A stretch of 64,000 bases of DNA from Bacillota bacterium. Lineage in GTDB: Bacteria > Bacillota > SHA-98 > Ch115. The stretch lies in assembly GCA_013178415.1 (NCBI GenBank), contig JABLXA010000017.1:69747-133746 (forward strand), written 5' to 3'. Positions 40,414 to 49,208 of this stretch are shown here, one piece after another (within the stretch, counting starts at the first letter, position 1; the number at the start of each line of letters is the position of its first letter). A model generated the notes under the pieces. That model was given only the letters and a program-made list of their open reading frames with translations. It was not told the origin of the DNA and ran no database searches. The translations under genes and the position numbers were made by a program.

Positions 40414-40759
40414 CTCCCTCACTCCCCTCACTCAGTTTCATTCGCTATGAGCATGCGACTTCCTGCATTGCACAAAGGATGATGTTGTAGCTCAAAATAG
40501 CCGCCCGGCATAGACTGTATAGGCGACCTAGATTCTGAAGTCATGGGGCAAGGACTTCAGCTTTCTTGGTTCATATTGCTGTAGATGACCAAGCTCGAAT
40601 TTAAAAATATGAGCTGATTGTGCGCGGCTAACCCGGCAACCGCGTGGTACATAGCTTGGTTATCTTCCAACTCTAGACTCAACTCTAGACTTGGCAGTCT
40701 ATAACCGCCTGTAGAGATGATTTGGGTATCATGAACTCCAGATTAAGAGAGGTGATCCC

Positions 40760-41050
40760 ATGCTCGAAATCTTGAAAAAATGGGGAATTTGGCCTCTGGT
40801 CCTCTTGACGGTTTTTGGCATCATATTCGCGGTTGTCAGAGGATACCAATATGAACGCGCCCTTCGCGAAGCCCTGGAGGCAAAACAAAGGGCTGACGAA
40901 GCCTTATCGGCCATATCTAATCTAGAAAAACAGCTTCAGCACATCATCGAGGAGACAAAAAGGCTTGATGAAGAACAGGCAAAGCTGGACGCAAGGGTGC
41001 GTGAGCGCGATAAAAGATTACAGGAACTTGAAAGGATGATTGTGAAATGA
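40760..41050 (+). CDS. Hypothetical membrane-anchored coiled-coil protein (96 aa)
   Basis: SD GAGAGGTG; N-terminal TM followed by a heptad-rich charged helix; ATGA overlap with the next gene. Confidence 0.75.
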   Translation: MLEILKKWGIWPLVLLTVFGIIFAVVRGYQYERALREALEAKQRADEALSAISNLEKQLQHIIEETKRLDEEQAKLDARVRERDKRLQELERMIVK

Positions 41051-41586
41051 GACGACTGCGCCTGATTCGAGGTCTGATCTTGATCTTGATAATAGTAGCA
41101 ATATCGGTGGCACTATTTGATATGCCGACCTGCGCCCAAGAAACAGGATCGATCCCTGGTGCGGATTCGGCCATTGCGGCGACCAGCGCATCAAATGGGG
41201 AACCCACCGGAATTCCTGAATCTTACGCAGATTTGAAGGCGCTATATGTGGCAACCCTCCAACGCCTTGTAGAACTCGAAAAGGCCTATCAGGAGGCTCT
41301 CGATCTCGCCAGGGGTTACCGATCAGATTGGGAAGACCAGCGAGCAATTGCTGAGGCCAGGAAATCGCAGGTGGAGGAGATGACCCGCATCAATGAAACC
41401 TTGATGGGAATCATCAAGGAACTAAGGGATACCATAAATAAACAGCATGAGGTTATCATGAAGCTCACCGAGAAGAGATCGCCGATCGGTTTTAGCGCAG
41501 GGCTCTCCCTTCAGCCGCGGATGACAGATGATGGAGGGATCTCGTTCCACCCGGGCTTTACCTTTGGTGTACTATTAGTGCCATAG
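41047..41586 (+). CDS. Hypothetical exported coiled-coil protein with an amphipathic C-terminal beta-hairpin (179 aa)
   Basis: N-terminal basic plus hydrophobic segment, central coiled coil, C-terminus IGFSAGLSLQP...FHPGFTFGVLLVP. Confidence 0.7.
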   Translation: MRRLRLIRGLILILIIVAISVALFDMPTCAQETGSIPGADSAIAATSASNGEPTGIPESYADLKALYVATLQRLVELEKAYQEALDLARGYRSDWEDQRAIAEARKSQVEEMTRINETLMGIIKELRDTINKQHEVIMKLTEKRSPIGFSAGLSLQPRMTDDGGISFHPGFTFGVLLVP

Positions 41587-41699
41587 AGTTTGCGCGTTTG
41601 AAAATAGGATTCTGTCGCCCGTCTGTCCAACACGAGGCAGGCGGCATAGTTCCCGGCTCCCAGGAGAAAATAGTCCTAAAGGCGTAGAAAGGAGGACAT

Positions 41700-41981
41700 G
41701 TGGCGCGCACTCCAATTGCGAATATGTCGCGCCGCGAGAATATGCTTTCAGCAGAAGTGTCCCTCTACCCGATGGAGACTATGGACTCAGATGATATAAT
41801 CAACTCATCACTCAAAGCACTATCTGATCATGACCTCAATTACGAGGTAGGACCACTTAGCACTCGACTCTCGGGACCGGATGAATCTGTATGGAGGGGA
41901 TTGCGGACCCTCTATGATCGTGCAAAGAATCACGGAATAGAGGTCGCCATGGTGGTGACTGTGGCAAACTCAAAGAGATAG
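41700..41981 (+). CDS. YkoF/MTH1187-like thiamine-binding-fold protein
   Basis: AEVSLYP and YEVGPLSTRLSG pattern; SD AAAGGAGG before a GTG start. Confidence 0.72.
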   Translation: MARTPIANMSRRENMLSAEVSLYPMETMDSDDIINSSLKALSDHDLNYEVGPLSTRLSGPDESVWRGLRTLYDRAKNHGIEVAMVVTVANSKR

Positions 41982-42071
41982 ATCCTCGAGCCGTCATTGG
42001 AGAGCGAGGTCACCATGGTGGTGACTGTAGCAAACTCGAAGAGATAGGTTCCTAGGCCATCATCGGAGAGC
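41940..42071 (+). repeat. 66-bp tandem duplication of the 3' end of the YkoF-like gene
   Basis: 41940-42005 and 42006-42071 both start GAGGTC(G/A)CCATGGTGGTGACTGT and end GGAGAGC. Confidence 0.85.
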
Positions 42072-42120
42072 AAGGATACATTTCCTTGGCTGGCTGGAGC
42101 ATTGTCACCCCGAACCAGTA

Positions 42121-42620
42121 TATACCATAAAATTCCTTATTATGAGTGACCAGAGCCTATGCTTTTCCAGTCCAAAGGCGAGGTGGCAGGATTTTCGGCA
42201 CTTGAGAGCAGAAGCTGACGAAATCTCAGCCACCTCTGCGTCCAAGCCGGCCTAAATCTCGCCACCCCTTGCCACTATATCCCATAAGATTCCTTATTAT
42301 GGATAATTATAACCTATAATCTTCCAATTGAAGGGGAAGGTAGCGAGAAATCTGCCACCCTAGCCCCGGGGCTGGCGAAATCTTGGCCACATTTGAGCAA
42401 AACCTGCCTAAATTCCGGCCACCTCAAGGTGAGATCGGCCCAGAATCTACCAAAATGTTCCCGACCTGACGAGAATATTGCCAACCTGGCGAGGAGGCTG
42501 ACGGATTCTTAGCCACTTTTACGTGGGACCTGCCTGCAATCTCGTCACCCTCGGTCTAAGCTGACGAATTCTCAGTCACCTCCGCGCGTAACCTGCCTAG
42601 AAATTCGCCACCCTCAGTAA
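42121..42620. repeat. Degenerate 31-32-bp (about 63-bp dimer) repeat array, family 1, plus two AT-rich 20-mers 157 bp apart
   Basis: GCCACC/GTCACC-like cores at 42229, 42261, 42354, 42386, 42418, 42480, 42512, 42544, 42575 and 42607; CCATAA(A/G)ATTCCTTATTATG at 42125 and 42282. Confidence 0.75.
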
Positions 42621-42648
42621 CTACTAATATCGCCTCCGCGTATAATTT

Positions 42649-42904
42649 CTGACATTATTTTCACCCAACAGTGTTAATGGTTAGCACTATCCCCACCAGA
42701 TAGTACTAACTATTAGCACCGTTCCCTCCGGATAGTTCAAACCATTAGCACTATCCCCACCGGATAGTTTAAACCTCTAGCACTATTCCCACCCAACAGT
42801 GTTAATGGTCAGCACCATTTCCACCAGATAGTGCTAACCATTAGCATTGTTCCCGGCGGATAGTTTAAACCATTTACACTATCCCCACCGGATGGTATCA
42901 ACTA
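42649..42904. repeat. Eight contiguous 32-bp palindromic units, family 2
   Basis: Idealised unit TTAGCACTATCC-CCACC-GGATAGTGCTAA-CCA; units at 42649+32n; higher-order 128-bp duplication. Confidence 0.9.
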
Positions 42905-43284
42905 TTTATTGATTAGGGTGCATGTGATATCGGCCAGAAGGCCTTGATCCGAGGTCGACAGGCCTGGGATTGGGGTACTCCTCTTCCCGGTGGCATCTCC
43001 CCAGGAAGCCATTACTTGGGTATGGAGACACTGTCCTGGCGGCGTTGGTCCGGGGACTTACTACGACCAATGGGGCGGCTATCTGGGCATGCATGATACC
43101 GTCCCAGCGGCTCTGATCCGAGGTCGGCAGATCCGGGCGAAACGTATTTGTCACACAAGCTCCTAGGTCGATATCACCCACACCCGGACAATCGGTCCCT
43201 CGATTGTAGTATTGCCCTCGGACCAACCGGTGAAACCTGGTCCCCGGGCCAAGTGCTTTCCTCTAAAGCTTAGGGCACTTTTCT

Positions 43285-46200
43285 CTAAAACTTAACGAGG
43301 AAAGTCTTTATCTCATAGGGTTTGATAAAGAAGTCCAGGTTTCGTCCGTCGAATCTGGCCGGGCTCTCATTGCGCTCAACAAGGTTGCATTCCTTGGCAT
43401 CCTTGATAGGAAATCCGAACGTGAGAGTCACCGGACCTCGCCTGTTTCCGTACTCATAGACTCTGACCACGATGGCGTCGCTATCTTCGGCCTTCTTCAC
43501 TGTCTCCACTATTACATTCTGGGCGTTTGAACTGGCAAAGGAGAAGGTGTCAGGAAGCGTGCCCTGCTTTCTTCCAGAACCAAGCGCGCTGCTGGCTCCA
43601 TACCCCACACAGGCGCCCACATAGACTGCGGCCAGAGGGTAATTGAGACTATAGGCTTCATTCACTGTGCGCCCCCTATACCAATCCTCAGCGTGCGGAT
43701 AGAGACTGTAAGTAAAGACATGGTGACATTTATCCGCCTTCGGATCCGGACTTATAGCCGACTTGAGCAATGTGAGGCGAATGACATTATCCTTGACATC
43801 ATGACCATACTTACAATCATTCAGAAGGGAAACGCCATAGCCACCCTCTGACATATCAACCCATTTATGGCCACAAGTCTCAAACTTGGCGAAATCCCAA
43901 GATGTATTCCAATGAGTCGGACGTTCCACATTCCCGAATTGAATCTCGAATGTCGCCTTTGTAGCCCGTATATCAACGGGGAAAGCAGCCTTCAGGAGCA
44001 TCTGGCTTTCCCGCCAATCTACCTCAGTCCTGAAATCAACCCTCGCAATGGAGCGATAGATGGTCATCCGCTGAGTGATCACGGAATCCATGAATCTCCA
44101 TACCAGCCTCAATACCCCGCGCTCAGGCCCTTCCTCTTCTACAGTCACTTCCGCGAGATCAGTGACCTCCCACATTTTCTCCTTGTAGAATATGTCAATG
44201 TCCCAGGCATCAAATCTGAGGGGTTTGTCCTCGAACACCTGGAGGACATTCGCGCGTTCGCCTGGCGCCAGGACTTCCCTATCGCGGATCTTATCCCATA
44301 CAGATTTTATCTGCCCTGAGCTATTCAGCGTGATAGTGAAAAAACTATTCTCCAGTTTCGCCGGCGTCACGCTGATCTCACATTCTCCGCAGCTGCATTC
44401 TGAGGAGCTAGAAGCCGGGCTCTGGCAATCTGGCACAACGGAATCTGCATCCCGGCGGCACGAAGGCGAGCCATCATCTGCATCCTGGCGGCACGAAGGC
44501 GAGTCATCCTCAAGATATATAGCCTTATAGCCTAGAGCAGGAACGCCCTCGACGAATAGAAGTAGTTCCTTGCAGGTATCTGATGAAGCGCCTGCGCCAC
44601 AAGCAGATTCCACTACCTGGCTCCGGACCTTCCTGCCTTCAGAGTCTACGAAGACTTTACCTTCAAAGGCAGGATTCCATGGGACGACTACCACATCAGA
44701 ACGTTCCCATGATAATGAATTGAACACAACAATTGCTTCCTTCTTCAATTCCATGTCCTTGACGATGTGATCAAGAGCCGCCCTGAGGGTCCCATGTCCA
44801 ATATTCATGATCTCCTCATACTGCTTCTCACTGTCCTCATAAACCTCGCGAATAGAGGATCCTGGGATGATATCATGGAACTGATTCAGCAGGATAAGCT
44901 CCCACCCGTGATTTAGATCTTTCTGCGGGTAAGAAAACCTTCGCCCCATTACATGAGCAAGGGAAGAAAATGCCTCGGCATCATGGTAGAGAATCTCTGA
45001 CCGCCTGTTGGCCCGTTTATTCTGGCCTTGGGATGTATATGTTCCGCGATGATACTCTAGGTAGAGTTCACCATCCCATACAGGTAAGTGGGGCTCTCCC
45101 TTCACCCTTTCAGCCAGTCGATCAAAGAAAGGCTCAGCCTTGCCCAATTCCACCTCTGGCATTCCAGGTATCTCCTTGAAGGCCTTAGCCGTCTCTATCA
45201 TCGAACGTGTCGGGCCTCCGCCACCATCACCATGGCCGAATGATAGAAGAAGCTCGTCGTTCAGCCGCTTTTCGCGATAGCTATCCCAGATCCCCTTTAT
45301 CGTCTTTGGTGATATGTCCCCATTATATGTATAAAACCATACATCATCGTTTGCAGGGGTGGTGATGAAATGGGTCAATACCTCGGTGCCATCTATCCCA
45401 CGCCAGCTGAAGGTGTCATATTGTGGCCTGTTATACTGGCTCCAGCTGATCTTCGTGGTCATGAAATACTCAAGTCCACTTTTCTTGATTATCTGAGGCA
45501 GCGCCCAACTATAGCCGAATACATCTGGAAGCCATAATACTTTGCATTCTTTGCCAAATTCTTCCCGGAAAAAGCGCGTGCCGAACAGGAATTGCCGCAC
45601 AAGGGATTCACCGGATATGAGGTTGCAGTCAGCCTCGACCCACATGCCACCTGTAGGCTCCCATTGTCCAGAAGCCACCTTTTCCTTTATACGCGCGTAG
45701 ATCTCTGGATGGTCCTCTTTGATAAATTTATAGAGTTGAGGCTGTGACTGAATGAAGTAGTAATCCGGATAGAGATCCATCAGATTGGTTACGGTGGAAA
45801 AAGTGCGCGCGCACTTTTCACGGGTGTGTCTAAGCGGCCAAAGCCAGGCCACATCGATATGTGAATGGCCCACACATACAACTTTGGGCCTTATGCCTTC
45901 CCTGGATAGTCCCGCCAGAGCGGACCTAAGATAGTTCGCAGCGTTCTTTGCGGAATCATAAAACATATTTGAGCCAGGTTTCCGCCAGTCTATGAGCCTC
46001 GTGGCTTCATCCAGAACATTGAGCAACGCGCTTCCCTGAGGCGAATTGTCTCCCAGGACATTGACTGTTCCGATGCCGGTGTTGAGAAGGTAATACAGAT
46101 CCTGAACGTCTTTATCGATCAAGACCAATTCCGCAGTTTCAAATGTGTAATATGAACCATGCATCCCGCTCGTCGCCTTGATGGCTAGGATCTTTTCGTT

Positions 46201-46629
46201 TCCATCCCCGGAATTCACGACACTGGCAGGCAAAATCGCCTCTGTATGGTTCACATCGATTCCCTGAATGGGTGCACCGTCCACATACAAGAGCCCTTCC
46301 GGACCGCCTCCGCGTCCCTGTCTTTCTGAGAGGTGTATATGAAGTGCCACATTTCCATAAGACCGGCGCCAGTCTTCAGGGATCCCGAATCTCCCCCTAA
46401 CCCAGATAGTGACATCGCGCCCGCCCCATCGGGCGCCTGGGGTGAGTTCCAGCCATTCTGAATCATCATATTCGGGCTTGCTGACGTCTTCAGCGGCATA
46501 TTTAGCCGAAGCCATCGCCCCCTGCCCCGCAACTATATAGCGCAGGCCCCGGACAGGCATGCGATGCCGGTAAATATAGCCCTGTAGTTCTCGGACCCGA
46601 CTTGCGATCTTCTCTACAGTGAAATACAT
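43285..46629 (-). CDS. GH38 alpha-mannosidase
   Basis: GHSHIDVAWLW, GGMWVEAD, WLPDVFG, GHGDGGGGP, ELYLEYHRG, QFHDIIPGS and LLNDCKYG motifs; start reassigned to MYFTV. Confidence 0.93.
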   Translation of the reverse strand: MYFTVEKIASRVRELQGYIYRHRMPVRGLRYIVAGQGAMASAKYAAEDVSKPEYDDSEWLELTPGARWGGRDVTIWVRGRFGIPEDWRRSYGNVALHIHLSERQGRGGGPEGLLYVDGAPIQGIDVNHTEAILPASVVNSGDGNEKILAIKATSGMHGSYYTFETAELVLIDKDVQDLYYLLNTGIGTVNVLGDNSPQGSALLNVLDEATRLIDWRKPGSNMFYDSAKNAANYLRSALAGLSREGIRPKVVCVGHSHIDVAWLWPLRHTREKCARTFSTVTNLMDLYPDYYFIQSQPQLYKFIKEDHPEIYARIKEKVASGQWEPTGGMWVEADCNLISGESLVRQFLFGTRFFREEFGKECKVLWLPDVFGYSWALPQIIKKSGLEYFMTTKISWSQYNRPQYDTFSWRGIDGTEVLTHFITTPANDDVWFYTYNGDISPKTIKGIWDSYREKRLNDELLLSFGHGDGGGGPTRSMIETAKAFKEIPGMPEVELGKAEPFFDRLAERVKGEPHLPVWDGELYLEYHRGTYTSQGQNKRANRRSEILYHDAEAFSSLAHVMGRRFSYPQKDLNHGWELILLNQFHDIIPGSSIREVYEDSEKQYEEIMNIGHGTLRAALDHIVKDMELKKEAIVVFNSLSWERSDVVVVPWNPAFEGKVFVDSEGRKVRSQVVESACGAGASSDTCKELLLFVEGVPALGYKAIYLEDDSPSCRQDADDGSPSCRRDADSVVPDCQSPASSSSECSCGECEISVTPAKLENSFFTITLNSSGQIKSVWDKIRDREVLAPGERANVLQVFEDKPLRFDAWDIDIFYKEKMWEVTDLAEVTVEEEGPERGVLRLVWRFMDSVITQRMTIYRSIARVDFRTEVDWRESQMLLKAAFPVDIRATKATFEIQFGNVERPTHWNTSWDFAKFETCGHKWVDMSEGGYGVSLLNDCKYGHDVKDNVIRLTLLKSAISPDPKADKCHHVFTYSLYPHAEDWYRGRTVNEAYSLNYPLAAVYVGACVGYGASSALGSGRKQGTLPDTFSFASSNAQNVIVETVKKAEDSDAIVVRVYEYGNRRGPVTLTFGFPIKDAKECNLVERNESPARFDGRNLDFFIKPYEIKTFLVKF
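44444..44509 (+). repeat. In-frame 33-bp tandem duplication inside the GH38 gene
   Basis: TCTGCATCC(C/T)GGCGGCACGAAGGCGAG(C/T)CATC twice, giving DDSPSCRQDA/DDGSPSCRRDA. Confidence 0.85.
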
Positions 46630-47037
46630 ATCCATAGCCTTACCGCAAATAGGCCCAACCCACATCATGTGGGAAGAGCCGCGGCTTCCCTCCTTGATAC
46701 ATAATGAAAGTCGTGCTGGTCTTTCTGGTCTTCGCTTTACCAAAATCTACAAGTCGTCTACATCTTTGCTTCCCCGATACTGATACATATACACCGGCGC
46801 AGCAAAAGGCCTACAGTATTCGACCTATGTTCTGGGATCTGCACGACTTATCTTAGTGAGATTCTACAGTGCGGTATTTTCTCCTGCTGCGCGGAGACTA
46901 GATCGACCATGAGATTGGCTGCATCGAAAATGATCTGTTGTTGGTGCCGCCCCCGCGGCATGAACGAATACCCTGAAAATAAACGGCTACTATTTTCATC
47001 CTTCTGATAATGTAGCGCTGGCATGGAGGTCTACTTA

Positions 47038-47064
47038 TAATCTAGCGGACAAAAATGCCGATAT
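47038..47064 (+). promoter_or_regulatory. Sigma28 (SigD/FliA)-type promoter of the MCP gene
   Basis: TAAT-N15-GCCGATAT against the consensus TAAA-N15-GCCGATAT, about 80 nt upstream of the MCP. Confidence 0.7.
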
Positions 47065-47146
47065 ATAAAGAATAGGAGATATGTAGCCATGGCATAAATT
47101 CCGACATCCTGCACACCACGGCAGGCGCGAGAATGGGGGTTTTGGG

Positions 47147-48646
47147 GTGGATCTGCAAAGAAGCTTGAAGCTTTGGGGCGGAGTCATTGTCTTTGCTATC
47201 ATAACTGGTATCCTTGGCTTTCTCGTCGTAAATAACCTAAATGGAGCTATAGGTGCCCTCTCTGAGGCACCAACCGCCACAGGCGCCGCAGCAACAGGGC
47301 TCACAAAAATTCTTCATGCGCGTCTATTTACCTGCATTCTGATACCGACAATTCTCCTGTTCTTAATCGGATCGGTGCTGCTTTCGAGAAGAGAAATAGC
47401 GAGAGCTACACGCTATATGCTGCAGCTGACCCATGAGCTCACCTCGGGAGAAATCAGCGCCGCCGCAGAGAGGCAGCAATCGTTGAAGGGGGGAATCACA
47501 AGCGAACTCACAGAAGCGTTCAACGATATTACGCAAAAACTCTATGGTCTTCTCAGCAACACTAAGACTCTAACTGAGAAAGTCATCTCCGGCGCCAGTG
47601 CCCTGAGAGATTCGGCGGAACAGGCTTCTCAGGCAGCCTCGCAGATTGCAGAGGCCATCGAGGGTGTGGCCAAGGGGAATATAGATCAGGCAAAAAATGC
47701 AACAGACACAGTCAGACTGATGGACGAATTGAAGTCCACCATAGACAAGATCGCCTCTACTGCAAATGAGCAGTCCGAAAGCACTCATGAAGTTTCGGAG
47801 ACCATAAAAGAAATGTCAGAGATGATAGAAAACGTTACTACTCGGGCCGAGCGTGTCGCGCGCGCCGCCGATGAGACATTCAAGGTGGCAGGCGCCGGGC
47901 AAGAGACGGTCAAGGCTACAATCAATGGCATGAATCAAATCCGCTCAACTGTTTTGGAAACGGCGCGAAAGGTCCAGGAACTCGGTGAGCATTCAAAACA
48001 GGTTGGAGAAATCTTGCAGGTCATCAGCGTCATCGCTGACCAGACAAACCTCCTGGCATTGAATGCCGCCATTGAAGCCGCCAGGGCGGGTGAACATGGC
48101 CGTGGTTTCGCTGTGGTTGCAGACGAAGTCAGAAAGCTTGCACAAAGATCAAGCAGTTCTGCCAAGGAAATCGGGGCAATCATAAGCAACATCCGCGAAG
48201 GAACTGATTCTGTCATAGCGGCCATGGCTTCCGGCACAGAGGAAGTCAACAGGGGAAGCGATCTAGCGGCTCGCGCGGGGGAGGCGCTGGAAAGCATCGT
48301 CAAGGCGATGCAGGTAACGAATGATGAAATCACCGGCATATTAGATGCTGCGAAGAATCTCTCTCTCAACAGTAAGAAAGTTGTGGAATCCGTAAGCAAT
48401 GTAGAAGATACCGCCGAGGAGAACGCGGTCTTTGCGCAAGAAATGGCTGTGAATAGCGGGCAAGTTCGCGACGCGATAAAGCAAGTATCTGCAATATCGG
48501 AACAGACGGCAAGCGCAGCCGAGGAGATAGCCGCTTCCGCCGAAGAAGTGAGTGCCTCGGTGGAAAGCGTCACCAGCTCGGCAAATGCATTGATCTCTGC
48601 CGCCAGGGAGCTTGAAACCGTATTGGCGAATTTCAGGACCAACTGA
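47147..48646 (+). CDS. Methyl-accepting chemotaxis protein
   Basis: [37 protein letters not shown]; two N-terminal TMs. Confidence 0.95.
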   Translation: MDLQRSLKLWGGVIVFAIITGILGFLVVNNLNGAIGALSEAPTATGAAATGLTKILHARLFTCILIPTILLFLIGSVLLSRREIARATRYMLQLTHELTSGEISAAAERQQSLKGGITSELTEAFNDITQKLYGLLSNTKTLTEKVISGASALRDSAEQASQAASQIAEAIEGVAKGNIDQAKNATDTVRLMDELKSTIDKIASTANEQSESTHEVSETIKEMSEMIENVTTRAERVARAADETFKVAGAGQETVKATINGMNQIRSTVLETARKVQELGEHSKQVGEILQVISVIADQTNLLALNAAIEAARAGEHGRGFAVVADEVRKLAQRSSSSAKEIGAIISNIREGTDSVIAAMASGTEEVNRGSDLAARAGEALESIVKAMQVTNDEITGILDAAKNLSLNSKKVVESVSNVEDTAEENAVFAQEMAVNSGQVRDAIKQVSAISEQTASAAEEIAASAEEVSASVESVTSSANALISAARELETVLANFRTN

Positions 48647-48798
48647 ATGGATAAGACAGGGACATATTCAGGCGACTGAACTTCAGGCAGTGCCGCCGCC
48701 ATGTATGAGAATTGGACGCTATCATAATCCACTTTTCTGAGAAGTCATGGGGATTGTCGCGCTCTTGCTCAAATCCAGCGCTTGAGGGGGTAGGAGAG

Positions 48799-48975
48799 AT
48801 GTCAGAGGGACTTGATAAAATGAAGGAACTTGAAGCCCAGGGATATGGCATTACTAAAGCTCGAGAGACTCCAGAAGGAATGGTCAGATGCATACTGACC
48901 CAGAGCAGCACGGGAATGAAAAAAGTGGTGGACTTGACGCCGGAAGAATATAATCGCGTGATGAATAGGAGATAA
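48799..48975 (+). CDS. Hypothetical 58-aa protein
   Basis: SD TAGGAG before ATG 48799; natural composition. Confidence 0.55.
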   Translation: MSEGLDKMKELEAQGYGITKARETPEGMVRCILTQSSTGMKKVVDLTPEEYNRVMNRR

Positions 48976-49208
48976 CGGGGATAAAACTCCTCAGCACGAA
49001 TAGAGTGCGGGATGGGTGGAGCAGATCTGCTCCCAACGCTTAGTGGGGGCTTAGCTGACAGACCTATCCCTGGGGTTATGCGTGGCAGGGAGGATTTGAC
49101 GAAAAGAGCCCGGAGAGAAAACCTGTAGGGAGGGCTTATAACCAAGGTTTCTCCGGGCCTCTGGCGGGCTATGCGATATTGCCTGACATGCCAGTTGGAA
49201 TAGAGCAT

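Noticed and set aside
42681-42872. Canonical CIRCE/HrcA operators
   Set aside because: The arms are TTAGCACTA-N11-TAGTGCTAA rather than TTAGCACTC-N9-GAGTGCTAA, most units are degenerate, and no chaperone gene follows
42649-42904. CRISPR array
   Set aside because: Units are contiguous with no unique spacers, and no cas genes are in the window
42906-43226. 106-aa minus-strand ORF
   Set aside because: No recognisable motif or SD, and the composition is atypical
47935-48732. Long antisense ORFs (also 29801..30451, 3990..4709, 62952..63683)
   Set aside because: They lie opposite well-supported genes and have no motifs
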